Below, piece after piece: positions 26,635 to 34,382 of a stretch of 64,000 nt of DNA. This DNA comes from Clostridiales bacterium (lineage in GTDB: Bacteria; Bacillota; Peptococcia; DRI-13; UBA5745), in NCBI GenBank assembly GCA_038562165.1, contig JBCFAO010000017.1, forward strand, positions 1,658-65,657, written 5' to 3'. The notes below the pieces were generated by a model. It searched no databases. It was not told where the DNA came from and saw only the letters and a list, made by a program, of their open reading frames with translations. The position numbers were made by a program, and so were the translations under genes. Each line of letters starts with the position of its first letter. Within the stretch, counting starts at the first letter, position 1.

Positions 26635-27803
26635 ATTTATTGCAAGCGTTAAAAATGGGCTTCAGCGGCATTGCCGGCAATAAGCTGCGCTCCATTCTCA
26701 CCATGCTGGGTATTATTATCGGCGTGGCGGCGGTTATCGTCTTGGTTTCGCTGGCCACGGGCACCACCCAATCGATTACCGACAGAATTTCCAGTATGGG
26801 CTCCAATTTGCTTACGGTGAACATCCGGGGCCGGGGCAATGAGGGCAGCCTCACTCAGGCGGAAATGAATAAATGGAGAGAAGAAGAGGGCGTCCAATAC
26901 CTGGCCCCCGTAATCAATTCCAGCCAGGAGGTGAAAGCAGGTACAGAGAGCACCAGCGCCAATCTCATCGGGACTACCGACGACTACCTGCAGATGAATT
27001 CCCTGAAGCTGGCTACGGGCCGCAGTTTGGCGGATATGGATATGGAAGGCCGTACCCAGGTAGCCCTTATCGGCTCGGAAATTGCCGAAACCCTTTATGA
27101 AGGGCAGGAGCCCCTGGGCCAAAATATCAAGATCAGCGGCAATAATTTCAAAGTGGTGGGCGTTATGGAAAGCGCCGGTTCCAGCATGACGGGTTCTAAC
27201 GATACCCGGGTTTTTATTCCCTATACCACGGCTCAGCGGCTGTTAAAGGAAAGCCGGATCAGCCAGGTCAATATCGGAGTAAGTACGGCAGAACAGGTGG
27301 AAGAAGTAAAAGCTTTTTTGGAAGGGGAACTGTTGGACAAATACGGCAGTGAGGATTACTACAATATTTTCGATCAGACGGAGCTGCTGTCCACTTTACA
27401 AGAGACTACCGCTATGATGGCGGTGCTGGTAGGGGGCATAGCCGGTATTTCCCTGGTGGTAGGGGGTATCGGTATCATGAATATCATGCTGGTTTCCGTA
27501 ACGGAGCGAACCAGGGAGATCGGCATCCGTAAAGCCATCGGCGCCAAGAAACGCCATATTCTGAGCCAGTTCCTGGTGGAGTCCATCGTTCTAAGCTGCG
27601 TAGGCGGCCTCATCGGAGTAGCCCTGGGCATAGGCATAACGAAAGCCGCCGGCGCTTTGGTGGAGAGTCTCAACGGCAATGTTTCCTTTACCGTAGTTGC
27701 CATTGCTTTCGGTTTCTCCGCGGCCATCGGCATCATTTTTGGAGTGTATCCGGCAAATAAGGCGGCTAGCCTTAATCCGATTGAAGCCTTGCGATACCAA
27801 TAA
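26631..27803 (+). CDS. ABC transporter permease (MacB periplasmic domain + FtsX)
   Basis: 390 aa. N-terminal TM segment plus a large extracytoplasmic domain, and a C-terminal FtsX-type block (GGIGIMNIMLVSVTERTREIGIRKAIGA). Confidence 0.85.
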   Translation: MNLLQALKMGFSGIAGNKLRSILTMLGIIIGVAAVIVLVSLATGTTQSITDRISSMGSNLLTVNIRGRGNEGSLTQAEMNKWREEEGVQYLAPVINSSQEVKAGTESTSANLIGTTDDYLQMNSLKLATGRSLADMDMEGRTQVALIGSEIAETLYEGQEPLGQNIKISGNNFKVVGVMESAGSSMTGSNDTRVFIPYTTAQRLLKESRISQVNIGVSTAEQVEEVKAFLEGELLDKYGSEDYYNIFDQTELLSTLQETTAMMAVLVGGIAGISLVVGGIGIMNIMLVSVTERTREIGIRKAIGAKKRHILSQFLVESIVLSCVGGLIGVALGIGITKAAGALVESLNGNVSFTVVAIAFGFSAAIGIIFGVYPANKAASLNPIEALRYQ

Positions 27804-27826
27804 ACCTGCAAAGGAGGCATAGAGAA

Positions 27827-29071
27827 ATGGAGAAAAGCGATAGAGGCAATAAGGATAATAGAAGCAATAAAAGCAGTAAAGGGGTACAGCAGGCCGGTAT
27901 ATTTCTGGCGTTGAGTTTGCTGCTGACCACCCTGCCTTTAGAGCCGGATAAGCTTAACCGGCTTGCGCCGGATGCTGCCAGCCGGCCCTTAGGCGGCGCC
28001 TTATTGGCCGATAGCGGCGGCGGACAAGAAAGCGGCGGTCAGATCAGAACCTACACTTTTGCCGAGGTAGGGGCTATCGCTCAAAATAACGGCAGCGATA
28101 TTACCCGCCAGAAGGCCTCTTTGGATCAGGCTGAGCAATCAAAAGATTCCCAGCTTTCTAATTATCAGTCCCAAGTCTATCAATATTACAATAACCCCAG
28201 TTCCGGCATTTCCGAAAGTTCTTTATACAGCTTGCAGGACAGTTACGAAAGCGCCTACAACTCTTATCTGGATGCGGAGGAGGCACTGGAAAAGCTAAAG
28301 CCTAAAGTAGCTTATCAGGCCCAAAAGCTGTATCTGGATATTCTTCAGGGGGAGGTGCAGATAGAGATTCAGGAAAAGGAAGTGCAAAGGCTGAATGCCG
28401 AATATGAGCTGGCCAAGGTTAAAAGCGCTTTTGGCGCCTATAGCCAAAGCCAACTGCAAAGCGCCAAGACCCAGTGGGATAGTGCCAAAGATGCTTTGGA
28501 AAATTTAAAGACCACTTTGAAAGACAACAAAAATACCATGAGGGAATATTTGAACTTGGCGGATGAGGTGGAGTTCAAGCTGGCTAACCCCCCGGATTTT
28601 GGCCAGTATGCTAAAGAGTTTGACGAGGAGGACGTGCTGGCGGAGGCTTTGAAAAACTCCCTCTCTTTAAAACAGGCCCAACGGGAAGTGGATGAGCTCA
28701 GCAAAAAAATCGAGAGCTATGAGAACCGGGGCCAAACCAGCCAGGCGGAAAAGCTGGCAGCCAGCGGCGCCGCCAAGGATCTGGCTTTGAAAGAGACGAA
28801 GCAAACCTTGACGAGAACGGTGGAAAGCGCCGTGAAGGAATTTAAGGGGCTGGATGAGGCTTTGGAGAAGGCCAAAGAAAAGCGGGATCAGGCCCAGCGG
28901 GATTACATGACGGCCCAAATGAAAATGAATATGGGGGCCATCACATTAAATGAAATGAGGACGGCAGAAAAAAACCTGCTTACGGCCCAGCAGGATTATG
29001 TTCAGGCTCAATATAATGGTTATTTAGGTGCGAAAAAGGTGATTTTGCTGCAGCAAGGCATATTGGTATAG
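27827..29071 (+). CDS. TolC-like / outer-membrane-efflux-protein-family coiled-coil protein
   Basis: 414 aa with an N-terminal hydrophobic segment and long heptad-like helices. OEP-like strings are present (LKQAQREVDEL, AEKNLLTAQQDYVQAQYNGYLGAKKV). It is the last gene of the exporter operon. Confidence 0.45.
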   Translation: MEKSDRGNKDNRSNKSSKGVQQAGIFLALSLLLTTLPLEPDKLNRLAPDAASRPLGGALLADSGGGQESGGQIRTYTFAEVGAIAQNNGSDITRQKASLDQAEQSKDSQLSNYQSQVYQYYNNPSSGISESSLYSLQDSYESAYNSYLDAEEALEKLKPKVAYQAQKLYLDILQGEVQIEIQEKEVQRLNAEYELAKVKSAFGAYSQSQLQSAKTQWDSAKDALENLKTTLKDNKNTMREYLNLADEVEFKLANPPDFGQYAKEFDEEDVLAEALKNSLSLKQAQREVDELSKKIESYENRGQTSQAEKLAASGAAKDLALKETKQTLTRTVESAVKEFKGLDEALEKAKEKRDQAQRDYMTAQMKMNMGAITLNEMRTAEKNLLTAQQDYVQAQYNGYLGAKKVILLQQGILV

Positions 29072-29172
29072 AAAGGAAGATGGGGAATGCCCATGGGAAG
29101 CCCCCAAAATGAACGCACAATTGAGAGCACTGAAAAAGTCCGGCAAGTTGGGCACTGACCGTCGTGGGGGTG

Positions 29173-29406
29173 ACTGAGCAAAATTGCAAGTTTGTCGCCA
29201 TTCGCACCGGCTAACTGAGCAAAATTGCAAGTTTGTAATAGGTGATTTAGCCTGAAAACAGGGTTCTCAGGCTAAATAGGCTTCCTAAGTAGTGATTTAA
29301 AGATAACAAACCTGCAATTTTGCTCAAAATGCCACGACCTTGGAAACAAACTTGCAATTTTGCACATTTGGGGGTGCCGTCAGAGTACAAACTTGCAATT
29401 TTGCAC
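29173..29406. repeat. convergent array of five copies of a quasi-palindromic motif (core GCAAAATTGCAAGTTTGT) around a central hairpin
   Basis: Forward copies are at 29173-29195 and 29214-29236 (23 bp, identical). Reverse copies are at 29306-29326, 29346-29365 and 29387-29406. Same-orientation copies are spaced 40-41 bp apart. The central hairpin is ATTTAGCCTGA / TCAGGCTAAAT (29245-29277). Confidence 0.85.
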
Positions 29407-29557
29407 CAAAGGCTTCCGCCAGAGCACAAACCACACCTTCGATTTTAAGCACTCAGCTCCCAGCCCCCACCCTCGTGGCAGTGATCCCTGATTCCTTCAG
29501 TTTACCAACATCGGCTCATCGCTTAGGAGCAAGCCCCGTTCCCCAGAACATAATCTT

Positions 29558-29623
29558 GGCCAGCCTTTTTTATCATTACTGATAAATATTTTATCATCGA
29601 AGATAAAAAAGGCTGGCTTTTTT
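29558..29623 (+). terminator. strong hairpin plus T-run (terminator insulating the downstream sigma-54 promoter)
   Basis: Perfect 16-bp arms GCCAGCCTTTTTTATC / GATAAAAAAGGCTGGC, followed by TTTTTTT. The loop contains the palindrome TGATAAA-TAT-TTTATCA (29579-29595). Confidence 0.6.
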
Positions 29624-29667
29624 TCATTATTGATACTAAAATGTAAGGAAATAAGAAGGCGTGGTCT

Positions 29668-29683
29668 TGGCACAAAAATTGCT
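29668..29683 (+). promoter_or_regulatory. sigma-54 (-24/-12) promoter
   Basis: TGGCAC-AAAAA-TTGCT with consensus spacing, about 50 nt upstream of ATG 29732. Confidence 0.7.
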
Positions 29684-29731
29684 ATATATTTCTGCAGTGC
29701 CGCCCGGGCGGTGGCAGAAAGGAGCAAACAA

Positions 29732-31078
29732 ATGAGCCAGGATATCAAGAAAAGCTTTAGTGAGGGCTGTTTGGCTTTATTGCGTCAGGAACTGAAGCCT
29801 GCGGTAGGCTGTACCGAGCCGGCAGCCATTGCTCTGGCCGTAGCCAGAACTATGGAGGTTTTGCAGCAGTGGACAGGCATTGAGGAGGCCGCGAATAAAT
29901 TAACTTCTCTTGAAGTGGAGCTTTCCGGCAATATTTATAAAAACGCTTATGCCGTTACCATCCCCGGTACAGGAAGAGCCGGGCTGGAGCTTTCGGCAGC
30001 CCTTGGGGCCGTACTGGCCGACAGCAAGAAAGAGCTGCTGCTTTTTGAGAGCCTTACGGCAGAAGAAATTGCCGGGGCCCAAGAGCTGATTGCCGGGCAT
30101 AAAGTAAAGGTGCAGGCGGTATGTGAAGCTGCATCGCCCTTTTATATTCATGTTACGGCCAAAACGGCTGAACATGCAGCCGAGACTTGGACGGAAGATA
30201 ACCATACCAATTTGGTTAAAGCCCTTTTCGACGGCCGCTGCAGCCAGCCAAATGAGGAGCGGGGGCCCGGAAGAAGTGGGACTGCAAAAACCGCTGCTTG
30301 CTCATTGTTGGGCAGGGAGATGGGGGAGCTGGTGGAAGCTATAGAGCAAATCCCCATAGAGGAATTGGCGTTTTTGGAAGAAAGCGCTATTATGAACCGC
30401 AATATGGCTAAGGCAGAGCTGGAGCATCCGGCAGGCCTGGGCTTGGGGCACCGCCTTCAGGAGCTGATGAAGCATCAGGTATTGGCTAATGATCTGATCA
30501 CCAAGATACGCATTGAGGTGGCGGCGGCCTGCGACGGCCGGATGGGAGGGCTGCCCTTGCCGGTAATGAGCACTACGGGCAGCGGCAATCAAGGAATTTT
30601 GGTATCCCTGCCCATTGCTATTGTGGCTGAAGAAAAGTCCTTGTCCAAGGAAAGATTTTTACGGGGCCTGGCCTTGGGTAATCTGACCACAGCCTACGTC
30701 AAACAGCATATCGGCAAACTGGCCCCCATCTGCGGCTGCGCCATTGCCGCAGGTTTGGGCGTATCGGCGGCAGTAGCCTGGATGATGGGAGGCAGTCTGG
30801 CCCAAATCGAAGGAGCTGCCAGAAATATGATGGCGAATCTGGCCGGGATGATCTGCGATGGCGCCAAGGATGGCTGTGCCTTGAAGCTGACCTCTTCGGC
30901 CTGCGAATCGGTGTTGGCGGCCTTTCTTGCCTTGGGGGGCACGGAAGTAGGGCCTCAGGAGGGCATTGTGGCCCAGGGCCTAAAGGGCATTGTGGCTAAT
31001 CTGGTTATCCTGTGCCAGGAAGGCATGCCTAATCTGGACCGAACCATGATCGGTATATTGCAGAAAAAAGCGGTTTAA
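29732..31078 (+). CDS. L-cysteine desulfidase family protein (YhaM/CyuA/CdsB-type, serine-dehydratase-alpha-like)
   Basis: Collinear with recalled E. coli YhaM (LKPAVGCTEPAAIALA, TIPGTGRAGLELSAALGAV, STTGSGNQGILVSLPI, GMICDGAKDGCALKLTSSA). Start at MSQDIKK, preceded by AAAGGAG. Confidence 0.8.
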   Translation: MSQDIKKSFSEGCLALLRQELKPAVGCTEPAAIALAVARTMEVLQQWTGIEEAANKLTSLEVELSGNIYKNAYAVTIPGTGRAGLELSAALGAVLADSKKELLLFESLTAEEIAGAQELIAGHKVKVQAVCEAASPFYIHVTAKTAEHAAETWTEDNHTNLVKALFDGRCSQPNEERGPGRSGTAKTAACSLLGREMGELVEAIEQIPIEELAFLEESAIMNRNMAKAELEHPAGLGLGHRLQELMKHQVLANDLITKIRIEVAAACDGRMGGLPLPVMSTTGSGNQGILVSLPIAIVAEEKSLSKERFLRGLALGNLTTAYVKQHIGKLAPICGCAIAAGLGVSAAVAWMMGGSLAQIEGAARNMMANLAGMICDGAKDGCALKLTSSACESVLAAFLALGGTEVGPQEGIVAQGLKGIVANLVILCQEGMPNLDRTMIGILQKKAV

Positions 31079-31174
31079 ATTAAGAGACAGGGATAAGGGA
31101 TAGTATAAATAAGAGACGGATATGGGGCAGGGATCGGCAAATAATATCCAAGGGATGACAAGGGGGCGGCAAAC

Positions 31175-32614
31175 ATGCAATTGGTGGAGGAAGCAAAGGC
31201 CTATATCGAGCAGACGGCGGAAGCCATCGGCCAGGCTTTGGAAATTGACACGACTATCGTGGATCAAAACTGCCTGCGGGTGGGCGGCACCGGCCGCTAC
31301 CGCCACCGCCTGGGCTTGCCCATACCTCACGGTTCCTTTTACCGGCAGATTATGGTGGAAAAGGTACCCAAGATCATTCTGGATAACAGAGAGTCTTTTG
31401 CTTGCCAGGAATGTGAAGAGAAGGAATATTGCCAGGAACTGGCCACTTTGGCTTACCCCATCGTCGTAGGCAACGAGGCGGTAGGGGTTATGGGCCTGAT
31501 TGCCTTTACGAAAGAGCAGCAAAAAAGGATGGAGGAAAACGGTGAAAAGTGGCTGGGTTTTTTAGGTAATATGTCCAGCCTGCTGCAAAGCAAATTGGAG
31601 CTGCTGACAAAAAACAGGCTGTTGGCCCAGCAGTTTGAAGAGGCCATCAGCTCCTTTAGCGATAAGCACGCTTTTCAGCATTTGGTGGGTGATCAGCCTA
31701 ATTTTTTAGCCCTGTTGGAAAAGGCTCAAAAAGCTGCGGCAGGCAATGCCAACATTTTGATTACCGGCGAAAGCGGCACCGGCAAGGAACTGCTGGCCCG
31801 GGCTATCCATAGTGCCGGCAGCCGCAGCAGCAAACCTTTTATCGCCGTCAATTGTGCCGGTATCCCGGAGCATCTGCTGGAAAGCGAGCTTTTTGGCTAC
31901 GAAAAAGGCGCTTTTACCGGCGCCGGGCCAAAGGGAAAACCGGGAAAATTTGAGATGGCTCAGGAGGGCACTTTATTTCTGGATGAGATAGGCGATCTGC
32001 CTTACGGCATGCAGCCCAAGCTCCTGCGGGTATTGCAGGAAAGGACCATTGACCGGCTGGGCGGTTTAACGCCGCTGCCCTTGAATGTGCGGATTATTGC
32101 CGCTACCAATAAAGATTTAGGCAAGATGGTAAAAAACGGCGAGTTTCGGGAAGAGCTGTATTACAGGCTCCATGTGATCCCCTTGACGCTGCCGCCTTTA
32201 AGGAAACGGCGGCGGGATATTCCTCTGCTGGCCCAGTTTTTTTTGGAGAAGCATGACCACCTGCTGGGGGGAGCCAAGCATCAATTTTCGCTGGAGGTGC
32301 TGCGGGCAATGGAGCGTTATGATTGGCCCGGCAATATCCGCCAGCTTGAAAACGCTGTGGAATATATGGTCAATATGGCCCGGACGCCCATTATCGGCTT
32401 GTCCGATCTGCCGGAGAACCTGGGGGTTTATGGCGAGACGAGAAAAGAAGCCGATACTACGCTGGCGGGCCAGCTAGCCGAGTACGAAAAAGGCATTCTT
32501 CAGACGATGCTGGCCGGCAAAACCAGCTTGGAGGAAAAGCTGGAATGCGCCAGGGCGCTGGGCATCAGTCAGGCTTCCCTTTACCGCAAAATGAAGCTTT
32601 ACGGCATCAAGTGA
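31175..32614 (+). CDS. sigma-54-dependent transcriptional activator with an N-terminal sensor domain
   Basis: Walker A GESGTGKE, GAFTGA motif, RQLENAVEY, and C-terminal HTH (ARALGISQASLYRKMK). The N-terminal region of about 150 aa contains CQECEEKEYC. Confidence 0.85.
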   Translation: MQLVEEAKAYIEQTAEAIGQALEIDTTIVDQNCLRVGGTGRYRHRLGLPIPHGSFYRQIMVEKVPKIILDNRESFACQECEEKEYCQELATLAYPIVVGNEAVGVMGLIAFTKEQQKRMEENGEKWLGFLGNMSSLLQSKLELLTKNRLLAQQFEEAISSFSDKHAFQHLVGDQPNFLALLEKAQKAAAGNANILITGESGTGKELLARAIHSAGSRSSKPFIAVNCAGIPEHLLESELFGYEKGAFTGAGPKGKPGKFEMAQEGTLFLDEIGDLPYGMQPKLLRVLQERTIDRLGGLTPLPLNVRIIAATNKDLGKMVKNGEFREELYYRLHVIPLTLPPLRKRRRDIPLLAQFFLEKHDHLLGGAKHQFSLEVLRAMERYDWPGNIRQLENAVEYMVNMARTPIIGLSDLPENLGVYGETRKEADTTLAGQLAEYEKGILQTMLAGKTSLEEKLECARALGISQASLYRKMKLYGIK

Positions 32615-32767
32615 GGTCATTACCTGCCATTTTTCCGCCCTGCATCCTGGCCTTTCTCCATGCCGTCACTTTTTTGCCCTCCGGCGCATACATATGCAGG
32701 AAACGGCAAATAATCGGGGCAAACAAGAAAAGGATTGGCAGCAAGGGCAGAAGGGAAGGCAGGCGGC

Positions 32768-33367
32768 ATGAAAGGAATAGATGTAAGCAAGTATCAAAGG
32801 GAAATCCAGTGGGATAAGGTGGCGGCTGCCGGCATGGAGTTTGCTATCGTCCGGTCTTCCTGGGGCCGGGAGGCTCACCAGGTGGACCCTTTTTTTTACC
32901 GCAATTATCAAGGCGCTCAAAAGGCAGGCCTGCATGTAGGCGCTTATCATTACAGCTATGCTAAAACCGTGGAACAGGCTCGTCAGGAAGCCGCTTTTTT
33001 CCTGGATACCATAAAAGGCCTTCGTTTTTCTATGCCGGTGTATTATGACTTGGAAGACCCTTCTCAAGCTTCTTTGACGAGGGAGGAAGCTACTTCAATT
33101 GCCGAAGCCTTTTGCTGCCGGGTAGAAGCAGCCGGTTATTTTGTGGGCATTTACGCCAATGTAGAATGGCTAAACTGCCACCTGGACATGAAAAAATTGC
33201 CTTATACCCTGTGGCTGGCTCAATGGGGGAGCCAACCCGGATATCAAGGCAATTTTGATTTATGGCAGCATAGTTCCAAGGGCCGGGTGCCGGGAATCAA
33301 CGGTCCCGTGGATTTGAATCTGTGCCTGAAGGATTTCCCCGGTTTGCTCAAAGCCAGTGCTTTGTGA
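32768..33367 (+). CDS. GH25 muramidase (lysozyme), catalytic domain only
   Basis: MKGIDVSKYQREIQWDKVAAAGMEFAIVRSS is a typical GH25 N-terminus. About 199 aa, with no signal peptide or wall-binding repeats visible. Confidence 0.8.
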   Translation: MKGIDVSKYQREIQWDKVAAAGMEFAIVRSSWGREAHQVDPFFYRNYQGAQKAGLHVGAYHYSYAKTVEQARQEAAFFLDTIKGLRFSMPVYYDLEDPSQASLTREEATSIAEAFCCRVEAAGYFVGIYANVEWLNCHLDMKKLPYTLWLAQWGSQPGYQGNFDLWQHSSKGRVPGINGPVDLNLCLKDFPGLLKASAL

Positions 33368-33390
33368 CAACTTTTAGAGGTTACAGAGTA

Positions 33391-34251
33391 CTAAACGAGC
33401 TTAATGGTCAGGCTGCCGATGTTCTCAATGGTAACGGTGACTTCTTCGCCGGCGGTAAGCCAATTTTGTTGGTCCTTTTCCTTACCGAAAATAACCCCTG
33501 CCGGCGTACCGGTAAAAATAAGGTCTCCCGGCTCCAGCCGGATATACTTGGAGGCGTAGCTGACGATGGTGTAGACGTCAAAAATCATCCGGCTGGTATT
33601 GCTGCTTTGTACCAGCTCTTCACCGCGGCGGCAGGAGATGTCTAAATTGCAGGGGTCGATTTCATCGGCGGTAACTACCCAGGGCCCGACGGGAGCAAAG
33701 CCGGGGAGGCTTTTGCCGATTAGCCACTGGGAGGTTTTCTTCTGAGCTTCCCGGGCGGAAAGATCGTTGCCGCAGGTATAGCCGAAAATATAATCCTTCG
33801 CCTTATCCCCGGCAATATCTATGCCGCCTTTGCCCATGATGATGACCAGCTCAGCCTCATAATCATAGCAATGAGCATTGGCGGACAGTTTAACGGCAGA
33901 GCGGTGGCCCGTCAGGGCATTATTAAACTTAGAAAACAATACCGGTTCCGGAGGATAATTCATGGCCAGGCTTTTATGCATTTCTTCCACATGGGCTTTG
34001 TAATTCTGGCCTACACAAAGAATTTTGCTCACCGGGGAGGCCGGCGGCAGATAGCTGAGGCTTTCTTCATCTAATAGAGGCAAGGTGTTGTGCCGGCTGA
34101 TTGCGTCTATTTCTTTCTTAGCGGCCTCAAAGTTTTCGATGGTGCTCCTTAGATCCCGGGGATAACCGGCGTCGGTCAAGTCCAAAACGCCATCAGTCAG
34201 CTTCAACCCCAAATGATTTTGGTCCCCGGCGGAAAAACAAAGTAATTTCAA
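33391..34251 (-). CDS. fumarylacetoacetate hydrolase (FAH) family protein
   Basis: 286 aa with FAH-domain strings (YDYEAELVIIMGKGG, GKSLPGFAPVGPWVVT, GDLIFTGTPAGV). TTG start preceded by AAGGGGG. Confidence 0.85.
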   Translation of the reverse strand: MKLLCFSAGDQNHLGLKLTDGVLDLTDAGYPRDLRSTIENFEAAKKEIDAISRHNTLPLLDEESLSYLPPASPVSKILCVGQNYKAHVEEMHKSLAMNYPPEPVLFSKFNNALTGHRSAVKLSANAHCYDYEAELVIIMGKGGIDIAGDKAKDYIFGYTCGNDLSAREAQKKTSQWLIGKSLPGFAPVGPWVVTADEIDPCNLDISCRRGEELVQSSNTSRMIFDVYTIVSYASKYIRLEPGDLIFTGTPAGVIFGKEKDQQNWLTAGEEVTVTIENIGSLTIKLV

Positions 34252-34382
34252 GATAGAGCCCCCTTTTTATATAATTTGCCCGTTGTTTTGTGTAACGGTT
34301 TCCTACTATTGACTTTATGCTACCATGATTGCAAAATCAAAGCAAGGCTTTGCTGAACCATAAAAGGGAAAAGGAGATTGCC

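Noticed and set aside
27827-29071. Using the TolC-like gene as evidence that the organism has an outer membrane.
   Set aside because: The assignment rests on weak motif resemblance in a coiled-coil protein, and no outer-membrane biogenesis genes are in the window. The envelope type cannot be decided from this sequence.
29087-29158. A 23-codon ORF (MPMGSPQNERTIESTEKVRQVGH) with a weak AAGGAAG upstream, just after the TolC-like gene. Also the 60-83 aa ORFs called across 28980-29748 (TNLQFC-containing peptides).
   Set aside because: The TNLQFC peptides are simply translations of the DNA repeat in different frames and strands. The small ORF has no recognisable features, and conservation cannot be assessed here.
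29173-29406. Possible CRISPR array (short repeats with unique spacers).
   Set aside because: There are only 2 + 3 copies, in opposite orientations. The repeats are 18-23 bp with spacers of about 18-21 bp, below typical CRISPR dimensions. There is no leader-like AT tract and no cas gene anywhere in the window.
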